Below, one piece after another: positions 19,755 through 28,793 of a stretch of 64,000 nucleotides of DNA. The stretch comes from Candidatus Magasanikbacteria bacterium CG1_02_41_34 (GTDB taxonomy: Bacteria; Patescibacteriota; Patescibacteriia; Magasanikbacterales; UBA922). Numbering within the stretch: position 1 is the stretch's first letter; each line of letters begins with the position of its first letter. A model generated the notes under the pieces. The model ran no database searches, was not told where the DNA came from, and was given only the letters and a program-made list of their open reading frames with translations. The DNA is taken from NCBI GenBank assembly GCA_001871445.1, contig MNVD01000011.1:29382-93381 (forward strand), given 5' to 3'. The translations under genes and the position numbers were made by a program.

Positions 19755-20777
19755 ATGAAAAAAGCACTTATTACAGGTATTACCGGTCAAGATGGCTCTT
19801 ATCTTGCTGATTTTCTTTTGGAGAAGGGATACGAAGTACATGGTATTATCCGTCGTTCGAGTAGTTTCAATACTGAACGAATTGACCATATATACAAAGA
19901 TCCTCATGAAAAAGGTGTGAAGATGTTTTTGCATTATGGAGATTTGGCAGACGCGAGTAATATCGAACGTATTTTGAAGAAAATCAAGCCAGATGAAGTA
20001 TATAATCTTGGAGCACAAAGTCATGTTCGTGTAAGTTTTGATATCCCTGCCTATACTGGAGATGTTGTCGGGCTAGGGACACTGCGATTACTTGAGGCAA
20101 TTAGAAATTCAGGTATTGATACAAAATTTTATCAAGCGTCTAGTTCTGAAATGTTTGGAAAAGTTCAGGAAACTCCACAAAAAGAAACAACGCCATTTTA
20201 TCCACGTTCACCATATGGATGTGCAAAAGTTTTTGCCTATTGGACGACGATAAATTATCGTGAGAGTTATGGAATGTTCGCATGTAATGGAATTCTTTTT
20301 AATCATGAATCACCTCGACGTGGAGGAACATTTGTTACAAAAAAGATTGTAGACGGTCTCATACACATAAAAGAAGGAAAACAAGACACCCTCTTTTTAG
20401 GGAACCTTGATGCAAAACGTGACTGGGGATACGCAAAAGAGTATGTAGAAGCCATGTGGCTTATGTTACAACAAGATACTCCTGACGATTTTGTCATAGC
20501 CACAGGAGAGACACATAGTCCACGTGAGTTTGTAGAAGAAGCCGCAGGATTGCTGGGTTTTGATATTGAATGGAGAGGAGATGGACTCAAAGAAAAAGGT
20601 ATTGATAAAAATAGTGGAAAGACGATTATTGAAATTGATCCAAAATATTTTCGTCCAGCTGAAGTAGATTTACTTATTGGGGACGGGACAAAAGCAAAGA
20701 ATATGCTCAATTGGGAACCAAAAGTGAAGTTTAAAGAGTTGGTTAAAATTATGGTGGAGGAAGGAATCGGGAAATAG
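19755..20777 (+). CDS. gmd: GDP-mannose 4,6-dehydratase
   Basis: '[47 protein letters not shown]'. Also '[10 protein letters not shown]' (the YxxxK motif) and 'NHESPRRG'. Confidence 0.9.
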   Translation: MKKALITGITGQDGSYLADFLLEKGYEVHGIIRRSSSFNTERIDHIYKDPHEKGVKMFLHYGDLADASNIERILKKIKPDEVYNLGAQSHVRVSFDIPAYTGDVVGLGTLRLLEAIRNSGIDTKFYQASSSEMFGKVQETPQKETTPFYPRSPYGCAKVFAYWTTINYRESYGMFACNGILFNHESPRRGGTFVTKKIVDGLIHIKEGKQDTLFLGNLDAKRDWGYAKEYVEAMWLMLQQDTPDDFVIATGETHSPREFVEEAAGLLGFDIEWRGDGLKEKGIDKNSGKTIIEIDPKYFRPAEVDLLIGDGTKAKNMLNWEPKVKFKELVKIMVEEGIGK

Positions 20778-20783
20778 TTATAT

Positions 20784-21698
20784 ATGAGAGAAGTAGAAAC
20801 AGAATTAATACCAGTCCAGGAAGCTCTTGAACGGTTTCGGGGAGAAATACAAGAAACTCATTCTGTATCTTTTCAAATTATGGAGATCGGCGGTATCCAC
20901 CCAGATAAAGGAAATGAACCATTTTTTGATCCATATACTCAGCAAGAAAGTACAGAAGACTTTAGTAATATTGGGAAACATTGCATAGCCGTCGGATATT
21001 GTGCAGATAAAATAGCTGAAAAGCTTTTGGAAAAAAAAGCGTTGACTCCAGAAGATTTTCATACTATTGTTGCTAGGGCGCTGGTTCATGATGTGATGCG
21101 TCGTCTCGTCGCTTGCGAAAGGAGAACAAAACAATCATTTGAAGAATGGGAAATACATAATGAAGATGATGTTGCACTTCATGAATTGTTTGAAAATTTT
21201 TCAGAAGAGGATGCACCCGGGAAAGACATGATTAATTATTTGGGAGTAGCTGGACGTGAAACAGGGCACATGAGTCTAAAAGAATTTGTTACGCTTGACC
21301 CTGAAGGAAAGCCTATACTCAAACCAGACAAAACACTTGTTGACATAATTGTACATGTGGCAGATGATATGACAGCGTCACCAAAACCTGGAGTTTCTGA
21401 AGAAACGAAATTTGTAGCAATTGAAGAACGAATGAGATTGGGGAATTTTCCCGAAAGACACCCACACTTATTTAGATCTGGTTTTGGATTTGACGCAGAC
21501 AATCATCCTGTCTTAGTGGATGATGTACATGATCAGTTAGTAATACAAGGATTGAAACAAGTAAAGTCTTATAAAGAGTGGCAAATATTGGTGTTTACTT
21601 TTTGTACTGATCGATTATCCAATATAATTGATCCACATTCATCATCTTCTTCACGTGAACATATAAAAAAAATTGTGAATAGTGGATTACTTACATAA
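20784..21698 (+). CDS. HD-domain (metal-dependent phosphohydrolase-like) protein inserted between gmd and fcl
   Basis: H...HD signature: 'HCIAVGYCADKIAEKL...ARALVHDVMRRL'. There are no other recognisable motifs. The function is unknown. Confidence 0.4.
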   Translation: MREVETELIPVQEALERFRGEIQETHSVSFQIMEIGGIHPDKGNEPFFDPYTQQESTEDFSNIGKHCIAVGYCADKIAEKLLEKKALTPEDFHTIVARALVHDVMRRLVACERRTKQSFEEWEIHNEDDVALHELFENFSEEDAPGKDMINYLGVAGRETGHMSLKEFVTLDPEGKPILKPDKTLVDIIVHVADDMTASPKPGVSEETKFVAIEERMRLGNFPERHPHLFRSGFGFDADNHPVLVDDVHDQLVIQGLKQVKSYKEWQILVFTFCTDRLSNIIDPHSSSSSREHIKKIVNSGLLT

Positions 21699-21704
21699 AT
21701 TACT

Positions 21705-22640
21705 ATGAACAAAGACTCGAAAATATATGTAGCAGGCCATAACGGAATGGTTGGTTCTGCAATTGTAAGAAAATTACAAGCAGAAGGGTATACCAATTTT
21801 GTTTTTCGGACGAGCAGGGAGCTTGATTTGCGTGATCAAAAAGCCACAGCAGATTTTTTTGCAATAGAAAAACCAGAATATGTTTTTTTGGCTGCTGCAA
21901 AAGTAGGCGGAATACTTGCAAACAAGGAACAAAAAGGTGAGTATTTTTATGATAACGCAATGATTGAGTTGAATGTTATTCACAACGCATATAAAAGTGG
22001 GGTAAAGAAATTATTTTTCTTAGGGAGTAGTTGTATTTATCCAAAATTTTCTGAACAACCGATTAAAGAAGAATATTTGATGACTGGGCACCTGGAACCC
22101 ACGAATGACGCATATGCGGTGGCGAAAATTGCAGGAATACAAATGTGCAAGGCGTATTACGAACAATATGGATTTCAATCAATTTCTGTCATGCCATGTA
22201 ATCTGTATGGTCCTGGAGACAATTTTGATCCAAAGACGTCGCATGTATTACCAGCGTTACTTCATAAAGTCATTGAAGCAAAAGAACATGGGGATAAAGA
22301 AATTGTGATGTGGGGGACAGGAAAGCCAAAACGAGAATTTTTGTATGTTGATGATGTTGCGAGCGCCTGTGTTTTTCTTATGAATAGTGATGTTGAAAAT
22401 GATATATTTAATGTTGGTATGGGAGATGACATCGCTATCAAGGATCTTCTTTCATTAATTTGTGAGATAGTTGGATTTGAAGGTGAGATTACGCACGACT
22501 TGGAGAAGCCCGATGGGACCCCACGAAAGTTGTTGGATGTAGGCAAGTTGCACGATCTTGGGTGGAAGCATGAAATTGAGCTGAGAGAAGGAATTGAAAA
22601 ATTGTATGCTTGGTATACAGAGCATAGAGATAACAAATAA
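21705..22640 (+). CDS. fcl: GDP-L-fucose synthase (GDP-4-keto-6-deoxy-D-mannose 3,5-epimerase/4-reductase)
   Basis: 'KIYVAGHNGMVGSAIVRKLQAEGYTNFVF', 'YAVAKIAGIQMCKAY', 'PCNLYGPGDNF'. Confidence 0.88.
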   Translation: MNKDSKIYVAGHNGMVGSAIVRKLQAEGYTNFVFRTSRELDLRDQKATADFFAIEKPEYVFLAAAKVGGILANKEQKGEYFYDNAMIELNVIHNAYKSGVKKLFFLGSSCIYPKFSEQPIKEEYLMTGHLEPTNDAYAVAKIAGIQMCKAYYEQYGFQSISVMPCNLYGPGDNFDPKTSHVLPALLHKVIEAKEHGDKEIVMWGTGKPKREFLYVDDVASACVFLMNSDVENDIFNVGMGDDIAIKDLLSLICEIVGFEGEITHDLEKPDGTPRKLLDVGKLHDLGWKHEIELREGIEKLYAWYTEHRDNK

Positions 22641-22644
22641 TAGT

Positions 22645-23613
22645 ATGAAAAAAGCATTGGTATTTGGTATTTGTGGACAAGATGCGGCGTATATGTCGGA
22701 GTTGTTACTTGAAAAGGGGTATGAAGTTTACGGAATTGGAAGATCCGTTACTCATGAAAGGTTATGGCGCTTAGATGAGCTTGGTATAACTGAAAAAATT
22801 AATATTTCCAGTGGAGATATCACTGATGCTTCTTATTTAGTTCAATTATTTTCTGATATACAGCCAGATGAGTGCTACAATTTTGCAGCAATTTCATTTA
22901 TAGGACAATCATGGAAGACAGCCGAGACCACGTTGCATGTGAATACTACTGGTGTATTACACATGTTGGAGGCAATAAAGACGGTTTCTAAACATACACG
23001 TCTGTATCAAGCTGGCAGTTCAGAGATATTTGGTCGTCCAGATACAAACATTCAAGATGAAACTACTCTTAGTAATCCATGCAATCCGTATGGTGCTTCA
23101 AAACTTGCTGCATATAATTTTTTGCATATTTATAGAGAGGCGTATGGTATTTTTGCATCAAATGCATATTGTTATAATCATGAATCTCCTTTGCGTGGTA
23201 TCGAGTATATAACACGAAAAATTACTGATGGTGTTGCGCGTATTTCTCTTGGAATGGCAAAAGAGCTTCGGCTTGGCAATATTGAATCATCGAGAGATTG
23301 GGGACATGCAAGAGATTATGTTCAAGCCATGTGGTTGATGCTCCAGCAAGATAAACCAGATGATTATGTTCTTGCAACAGGTCAGACACATAGTATAAAA
23401 GATTTGCTTACCATTGCGTTTGCTCATGCAGGAGTAGACAATTGGGAAAAATATGTTGTTGAGGATGAAAAATTCTATAGACCATTAGAACCCCATACAT
23501 TGTGTGGAAACAATGCAAAAGCAAAAGAAAAATTGCGCTGGGAACCTTCTACTTCATTTGAGACTTTGGTAGGGGAGATGGTTACAGCAGACATAAAAAG
23601 GCTCAAACGGTAA
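22645..23613 (+). CDS. Second GDP-mannose 4,6-dehydratase-family paralog (GMD-like or Rmd-like SDR)
   Basis: '[34 protein letters not shown]', 'YGASKLAAYN', 'NHESPLRG'. The ATG at 22645 lies just after the fcl stop. The ORF-track start at 22594 overlaps fcl. Confidence 0.7.
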   Translation: MKKALVFGICGQDAAYMSELLLEKGYEVYGIGRSVTHERLWRLDELGITEKINISSGDITDASYLVQLFSDIQPDECYNFAAISFIGQSWKTAETTLHVNTTGVLHMLEAIKTVSKHTRLYQAGSSEIFGRPDTNIQDETTLSNPCNPYGASKLAAYNFLHIYREAYGIFASNAYCYNHESPLRGIEYITRKITDGVARISLGMAKELRLGNIESSRDWGHARDYVQAMWLMLQQDKPDDYVLATGQTHSIKDLLTIAFAHAGVDNWEKYVVEDEKFYRPLEPHTLCGNNAKAKEKLRWEPSTSFETLVGEMVTADIKRLKR

Positions 23614-23615
23614 GT

Positions 23616-24677
23616 ATGTTTAGAAAAATTCAAAAAGGTCTCGTAGTTTTAAAAAATAACGTATGGAATCCAAATAAGCTTATTTTTATTTCAGAGCCTA
23701 TCAATTGGGTTATAGAAGAAATTTGTTTTGAACTCATTAACAAAATAAATAAGAAGTATTCAATAAAATCAAACATAAGTTACTCACCAATTTTTTTGAA
23801 AAATAAAATCTTGCATTTTTCAAGTATTGCCACACTAGTAAAAAGGAATGGCCTCGTACATTTTGATACATCAAACAAATCTGTTCTCAGCTGGTATCAT
23901 ATTTTGGAAAATGATCAGAAAATTTCCTTTATCCCGGAATTGAATAAGAGGATTGATTTTGTGCACACAGCATGTCGTACAACACAGCAAGATTTGATTG
24001 GGCATGGTTTTGATGAAAAAAAAGTAATTTTAATTCCAGAAGGAATCAAACTAGAAAATTTTAGAGTTTTTTCTGAAAAACAGAAAATTAAAGTTAAAGA
24101 AGAATTGCAGTTACCCAAAAATAAGATTATTATTGGTTCATTTCAAAAAGATGGACATGGGTGGAAAAATGGTTTGGAACCAAAAGAAGAGAAGGGGCCT
24201 GATGTTTTTTGTGATGTTGTAGAAAAATTATCAGAACAATTTGATATACATGTGTTGCTTACGGGGCCTGCCAGGGGGTATGTGAAAAACCGATTAGAAA
24301 AAGCTGGAATATCATATACACATGAATATGTAAAAGAGTATACTGACATTGTGAAATATTATAATGCGCTAGATGTATATATCATAGGCTCTAGAGTAGA
24401 GGGTGGACCGAAAGCATTGTTAGAATCTTGGGCATGTGGTGTCCCGCTTGTCTCTACGAAAGTTGGTATGTCTGCAGATCTTATACGAAATGGTGAAAAT
24501 GGTTTTTTGGCAGAAGTGGAAGATATTGATGATATAACCGAAAAAGTCATACATATTTTGAATAATAACGAGAGTAAAGAAAAGTGTATACGTGGTGGTT
24601 TAACAGATGTACAAACGTATAGTTGGGACAACATTTCACAAATGTATTTTGAACGCATGTATAAAAAATTAATATGA
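23616..24677 (+). CDS. GT4-family glycosyltransferase
   Basis: 'EGGPKALLESWACGVPLVSTKVGMSADLIRNGENGFL'. Confidence 0.75.
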   Translation: MFRKIQKGLVVLKNNVWNPNKLIFISEPINWVIEEICFELINKINKKYSIKSNISYSPIFLKNKILHFSSIATLVKRNGLVHFDTSNKSVLSWYHILENDQKISFIPELNKRIDFVHTACRTTQQDLIGHGFDEKKVILIPEGIKLENFRVFSEKQKIKVKEELQLPKNKIIIGSFQKDGHGWKNGLEPKEEKGPDVFCDVVEKLSEQFDIHVLLTGPARGYVKNRLEKAGISYTHEYVKEYTDIVKYYNALDVYIIGSRVEGGPKALLESWACGVPLVSTKVGMSADLIRNGENGFLAEVEDIDDITEKVIHILNNNESKEKCIRGGLTDVQTYSWDNISQMYFERMYKKLI

Positions 24678-25747
24678 AAGTGAGTTTGAGTATAAAAAAA
24701 GTAGAAGGCCCTTTTGGTGGAGGTGCTATATTTGCCAACACGGTTTCCGAATATTTGGTGAGTAGAGGAATTGAAGTGGTACATACGTTAGATGATGCTG
24801 ATATTGACGTCGTGTTACACGTGAATCCGTTTCCTTTTATAATGAAATCGTCATCATATTCTTTTTTTGATGCATATATATATAAATTAAAGCATCCTAA
24901 AACAGTTATTATACAGGGGATTCATGAGTGTGACGAAAGAAAAGGCACACATTATATGAATAAACTTTTGGTAAATGCCTGTAATCATGCTGATTTTGTT
25001 ATTTTTGTGGCAAGTTGGCTGAAGCCATTATTAGAAAAAAATGGTCTTGATAAAAAGAAACCTTCACAAGTTATTTTGCACGGAGTTCCCGAAGAGATTT
25101 TTAATACAAAAGACAAAAACTTTTGGGACAAACATAGTAAAATGAAAATAGTCACACATCATTGGGGTGGCCAATTTTTGAAAGGACATGATTTTTATCA
25201 GCGATTAGACAAATTGTTAGCGAGTAGTGAGTTTGGTGATAAATTTGAATTTACGTATATTGGCAATTATCCAAGCAATCTAGAATATAAAAATACAACG
25301 TTGATTGCCCCGATATCTGGAAGTGTACTTGGCGAAGAATTGAAGAATCATGATGTCTATATCACGGGATCTCGTAATGAGCCTGCAGGGATGCATCACG
25401 TAGAAGGTGCACTATGTGGTCTGCCTTTACTCTATATCGATTCAGGTGCACTTAAGGAATATTGTGACGGATATGGTATTGAGTTTAATGAGGATAATTT
25501 TGAAGAAAAGATCTTGGAAATGTATCGTGATTACGATATATATTTAGAAAAAGTGAAGAAATATGACAGAGTGGCTTCAAAAATGGGACAGGAATATTAT
25601 GAGTTGCTGACAGAATTATATAAAAATAGAGACCAATATGCGTTTAAAAATAAAAAAAATATTGGAAAGATTTTTTTTATTAGTATATATTCCTTTTTTT
25701 ATGACGGAATTTGGAGACTTAGAAGAATATTGAAATTGCTCAAGTAA
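24674..25747 (+). CDS. GT-B-fold glycosyltransferase-like protein
   Basis: Gly-rich N-terminal loop 'EGPFGGGAIFAN'. C-terminal motif 'EPAGMHHVEGALCGLPLLYIDSGALKEY'. It overlaps the previous gene by 4 nt. Confidence 0.5.
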   Translation: MKVSLSIKKVEGPFGGGAIFANTVSEYLVSRGIEVVHTLDDADIDVVLHVNPFPFIMKSSSYSFFDAYIYKLKHPKTVIIQGIHECDERKGTHYMNKLLVNACNHADFVIFVASWLKPLLEKNGLDKKKPSQVILHGVPEEIFNTKDKNFWDKHSKMKIVTHHWGGQFLKGHDFYQRLDKLLASSEFGDKFEFTYIGNYPSNLEYKNTTLIAPISGSVLGEELKNHDVYITGSRNEPAGMHHVEGALCGLPLLYIDSGALKEYCDGYGIEFNEDNFEEKILEMYRDYDIYLEKVKKYDRVASKMGQEYYELLTELYKNRDQYAFKNKKNIGKIFFISIYSFFYDGIWRLRRILKLLK

Positions 25748-25756
25748 TAGTAATAT

Positions 25757-26824
25757 ATGGAGTGGATTTTTGAATTAAAAAAAGAAACGGCTTCTTTTTT
25801 AGCACACATGGAAGGAAAAAAACGTCCGGGATTTTTCAAGTATTCATATTCAGGAGATTACTTTGGAGAGCGTGTACATTGGGGACTTGGGCAATCAGCT
25901 TTTTTTCTCAAAATCGTATACACACTCAATATACAAGATCAATTTGAAAAAGAAATTGAAGAAGTAGAAAAATATATAAAGACATTTGAACATGATTCAG
26001 GATTATATTTTGATCCGTTAGTTCGTTTACTTTCTTCACCGAGAAGTGTATTTAATGGTTTGAGATATCGAGATTGGAACCATGCTGTTGGGATGTATAC
26101 CAAGCTTGGTGAAACACGACAGGCTATTTCATCTCTGAGATTGTTTGATCAAAATATTGTGTCAAAATATCCAAAATCACTCCCACGTGATGAAAAGGGT
26201 ATTGAAAGGTATCTTTCACAATTGCAGTGGACACGTCCGTGGCATGCTGGTGCTCATTATAGTATTTTGGTCTTTTTTTTATACACAAGCAAGCTTCATA
26301 ATAAAGAAATATTAATAGAAACGGCACAAGAGTGGCTCAAAAATGTAGCACAAAAGGATGGTTTTTGGTATACAGAAGGTGCAAGTTTGCAAGAACGTAT
26401 CAATGGTGCTATGAAAGTCATCACAGGTATGAATGTGCTGGGTAAAGTGACGTTACATAACCCTGGAGGTTTGATTGATGTGTGTCTCGAGTCTCAGCAT
26501 GATACACAAGCCTGTGATAATTTTAATATATTGTACGTATTGAAGTATGCTAATCTCGCGACTAATGGGCAATATCGTCATGAAGAAATAGTTTCATTTG
26601 TTGAAGATCGTTTGGAATTATACAAAAAGTACTATTACAAAGATAAAGGTGGTTTTTCATTTTTTGAAAACAAGGCAAATACACGTTACTATGGCGCTCG
26701 TTTGTCTCGCGGGTATGATGAGCCTGATATGCACGGGACTGTCCTATTTTTGTGGGGAGTAAGTATAATCGCACAGATACTTGGCATTGAAAAAGAGCTC
26801 AACATACGAGAATTTAGAACATAG
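25757..26824 (+). CDS. Hypothetical protein (possibly alpha/alpha-toroid, hydrolase- or lyase-like). No diagnostic motif.
   Basis: A 355-aa ORF in an operon context. It is rich in Trp and Tyr and has no TM helix. Confidence 0.3.
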   Translation: MEWIFELKKETASFLAHMEGKKRPGFFKYSYSGDYFGERVHWGLGQSAFFLKIVYTLNIQDQFEKEIEEVEKYIKTFEHDSGLYFDPLVRLLSSPRSVFNGLRYRDWNHAVGMYTKLGETRQAISSLRLFDQNIVSKYPKSLPRDEKGIERYLSQLQWTRPWHAGAHYSILVFFLYTSKLHNKEILIETAQEWLKNVAQKDGFWYTEGASLQERINGAMKVITGMNVLGKVTLHNPGGLIDVCLESQHDTQACDNFNILYVLKYANLATNGQYRHEEIVSFVEDRLELYKKYYYKDKGGFSFFENKANTRYYGARLSRGYDEPDMHGTVLFLWGVSIIAQILGIEKELNIREFRT

Positions 26825-26834
26825 CTGACACCCT

Positions 26835-26864
26835 TTGACACTTATTGGCCCTTTATGGTAATAT
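26835..26864 (+). promoter_or_regulatory. Near-consensus sigma-70-type promoter upstream of the HTH gene
   Basis: TTGACA (26835-26840), an 18-nt spacer, then TAATAT (26859-26864). It lies 24 nt upstream of the ATG at 26889. Confidence 0.5.
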
Positions 26865-26888
26865 ACAATTGTTGGTCTAATTGTAAAT

Positions 26889-27134
26889 ATGGGTGAAATC
26901 AAACCAAATGAAGTATATACCACTGCTGAAGTAGAGACCCTTTTGAAAGTGAGTAAAAGTACTGTGAAACGCCTGATAAAAAAAGGTCTTATTCGTACTA
27001 ATAAAATTGGTGGACAATATCGTATTTTGGGGCACGAGCTTTTACGTATGTTATCTCCTGATGTGGATAAGAAAGCAACAAACGCATACAAATCAATAAA
27101 GGAAAAGACCAAGAAACGTGTTAAAAATTGGTAA
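26889..27134 (+). CDS. Small excisionase-family HTH DNA-binding protein
   Basis: 'VYTTAEVETLLKVSKSTVKRLIKKGLIRTNKIGGQYRILGHELLRML', followed by a Lys-rich tail. It is the same family as 5025..5363. Confidence 0.55.
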   Translation: MGEIKPNEVYTTAEVETLLKVSKSTVKRLIKKGLIRTNKIGGQYRILGHELLRMLSPDVDKKATNAYKSIKEKTKKRVKNW

Positions 27135-27227
27135 TTGTATGGGAATATGTGTCACTTATGGAAAATAACAAGCTGGCTCTGTATTAGAATTTTTTTTTAA
27201 ATTAAGTTTTTTGATTTAGCCTCTGAT

Positions 27228-28790
27228 ATGACCGTTTCCTATGTCAGAAAAATTCAAAACGGATCAATTGCACTTTTTACGTCTCAAACAGTGACAGCAT
27301 TTATTGCAATTGTAACAACTCCATTACTCATACGTACACTTGGCCTCGAAATGTACGGATTGTATATGGCTTTTCTTTCTTTTGCGAGCGTGACTGGAGG
27401 AGTAAATTTAGGGATGAATAGCGCACTAGTTAATAAAATTAGTTTTCTTTTTGCTGAAAAAAAATATTCTGACATAACAAAATTAATAAGCGGTTTTTTG
27501 TTGTTATATACCATAGTTTTAGTACTGGTGTTGTCTCTTGTTGTTTTTTTGTCTAAATTTGGATTTATAAATATACGAGCGTTGTTGAATGCTGCTTCGT
27601 TTTCAAGTCTACCAGTACTAGAAATCATAACTATAGTTCTTTTTACAGTTTTGTTTAATAGTTTTTTTGGTGCAGTTTTCCCGGCCTTTTTAACGGGTAT
27701 TAATCAAATATCACAATTACAAAAAATTGTCATAGGATATAGTATTTTTTATAATCTTTTCTATATCCCATTCTTACTTTTTTTGAAGCCTTCAATTTAT
27801 GAGTTAGTTCTTTTTCAGCTGTGTAGTGATTTGTTTAAATTTGTGGTTATATTTTGGTTTGTTCATAGATCTTATTCTTGGCTGAGGGTTGTTTTAAAAT
27901 TTTCTTACTTGAAAAATGCATTGAAAATGGTTAGATCCGGTATTGAGTATTTTTTGTCTTTTTTGGCTCAATCGTATTGGTCAAAAATAGATATATTAAT
28001 CATTTCTCATTTTTTAGGGAATGCACTTGTGTCGGTATATGTAATTACCGAGAAGGTGTTTAGATTCCCCTCTAATTTATTTAGTATAGCTTCTGCAGCA
28101 CAACCAAGTTTTGCTCAATTGTATGCTGCACAAAAGAAGTCAGAACTTAGCATATTATTTATACGTGTTTTGAGATTGCACTTTATTAGTAAATTTGTTT
28201 TTATTTCAATTTTTGCTGTTTTTTTTAAGGAGTTTGTTGAGATTTGGATTCCTTATGAAAAAGTATTTTTTAGCTATGGGTTGGTTGCATTATTTTCTAT
28301 AATTTTTTTGTCATATGCATGGGGTGGGCCTTTCGTTATATGCCTAAATGCAATGTTTAAACAAAGATATTTAATACTATCTAGTGTTGTAGGCCTTATC
28401 ATCAATGTCGTGCTTTCACTAGTACTTGTCAACAGGATGGGATTGATAGGTGTTGTGGTTGCTACCGTAGTTGTGCATCCTTTTTTCTTTGGTATAGTTA
28501 GTCCATATATTTTAAGAAGGTTTATAGATATAAATCCTACTTTTGAGTATTTTAGAATAGTAATTCGTCTAATTGGACCTTTTCTATTATTCTTGGTAGG
28601 GTACAGGCTCTTAGTTTTGTTTATTGCACAGACTATACTATCAATATTTTTTTTCTTTTTGTTGACGAGTATGTATGTATATTTAGTATATAGGTATAGT
28701 TTGATTGATGAAGAACAACTTTTTTTTCAACATAAAATTAATAATATAATGCATAGATTTAAACGAATATTTATAAATAATACAAATTAA
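27228..28790 (+). CDS. wzx: Polysaccharide/oligosaccharide-unit flippase (Wzx-like, MOP superfamily)
   Basis: 520 aa and about 12-14 TM helices, very hydrophobic. The N-terminus 'SIALFTSQTVTAFIAIVTTPLLIRTLGLEMYGLYMAFLSFASV' is typical of the PST/Wzx family. Confidence 0.6.
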   Translation: MTVSYVRKIQNGSIALFTSQTVTAFIAIVTTPLLIRTLGLEMYGLYMAFLSFASVTGGVNLGMNSALVNKISFLFAEKKYSDITKLISGFLLLYTIVLVLVLSLVVFLSKFGFINIRALLNAASFSSLPVLEIITIVLFTVLFNSFFGAVFPAFLTGINQISQLQKIVIGYSIFYNLFYIPFLLFLKPSIYELVLFQLCSDLFKFVVIFWFVHRSYSWLRVVLKFSYLKNALKMVRSGIEYFLSFLAQSYWSKIDILIISHFLGNALVSVYVITEKVFRFPSNLFSIASAAQPSFAQLYAAQKKSELSILFIRVLRLHFISKFVFISIFAVFFKEFVEIWIPYEKVFFSYGLVALFSIIFLSYAWGGPFVICLNAMFKQRYLILSSVVGLIINVVLSLVLVNRMGLIGVVVATVVVHPFFFGIVSPYILRRFIDINPTFEYFRIVIRLIGPFLLFLVGYRLLVLFIAQTILSIFFFFLLTSMYVYLVYRYSLIDEEQLFFQHKINNIMHRFKRIFINNTN

Positions 28791-28793
28791 TAT

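Noticed and set aside
20303-20710. 135-aa minus-strand ORF within gmd and assorted 60-130-aa ORFs nested in large genes (e.g. 149..370, 6563..6898, 10968..11213, 24359..24784)
   Set aside because: All are antisense or out-of-frame inside strongly supported genes. They lack motifs. They are by-products of the six-frame translation.
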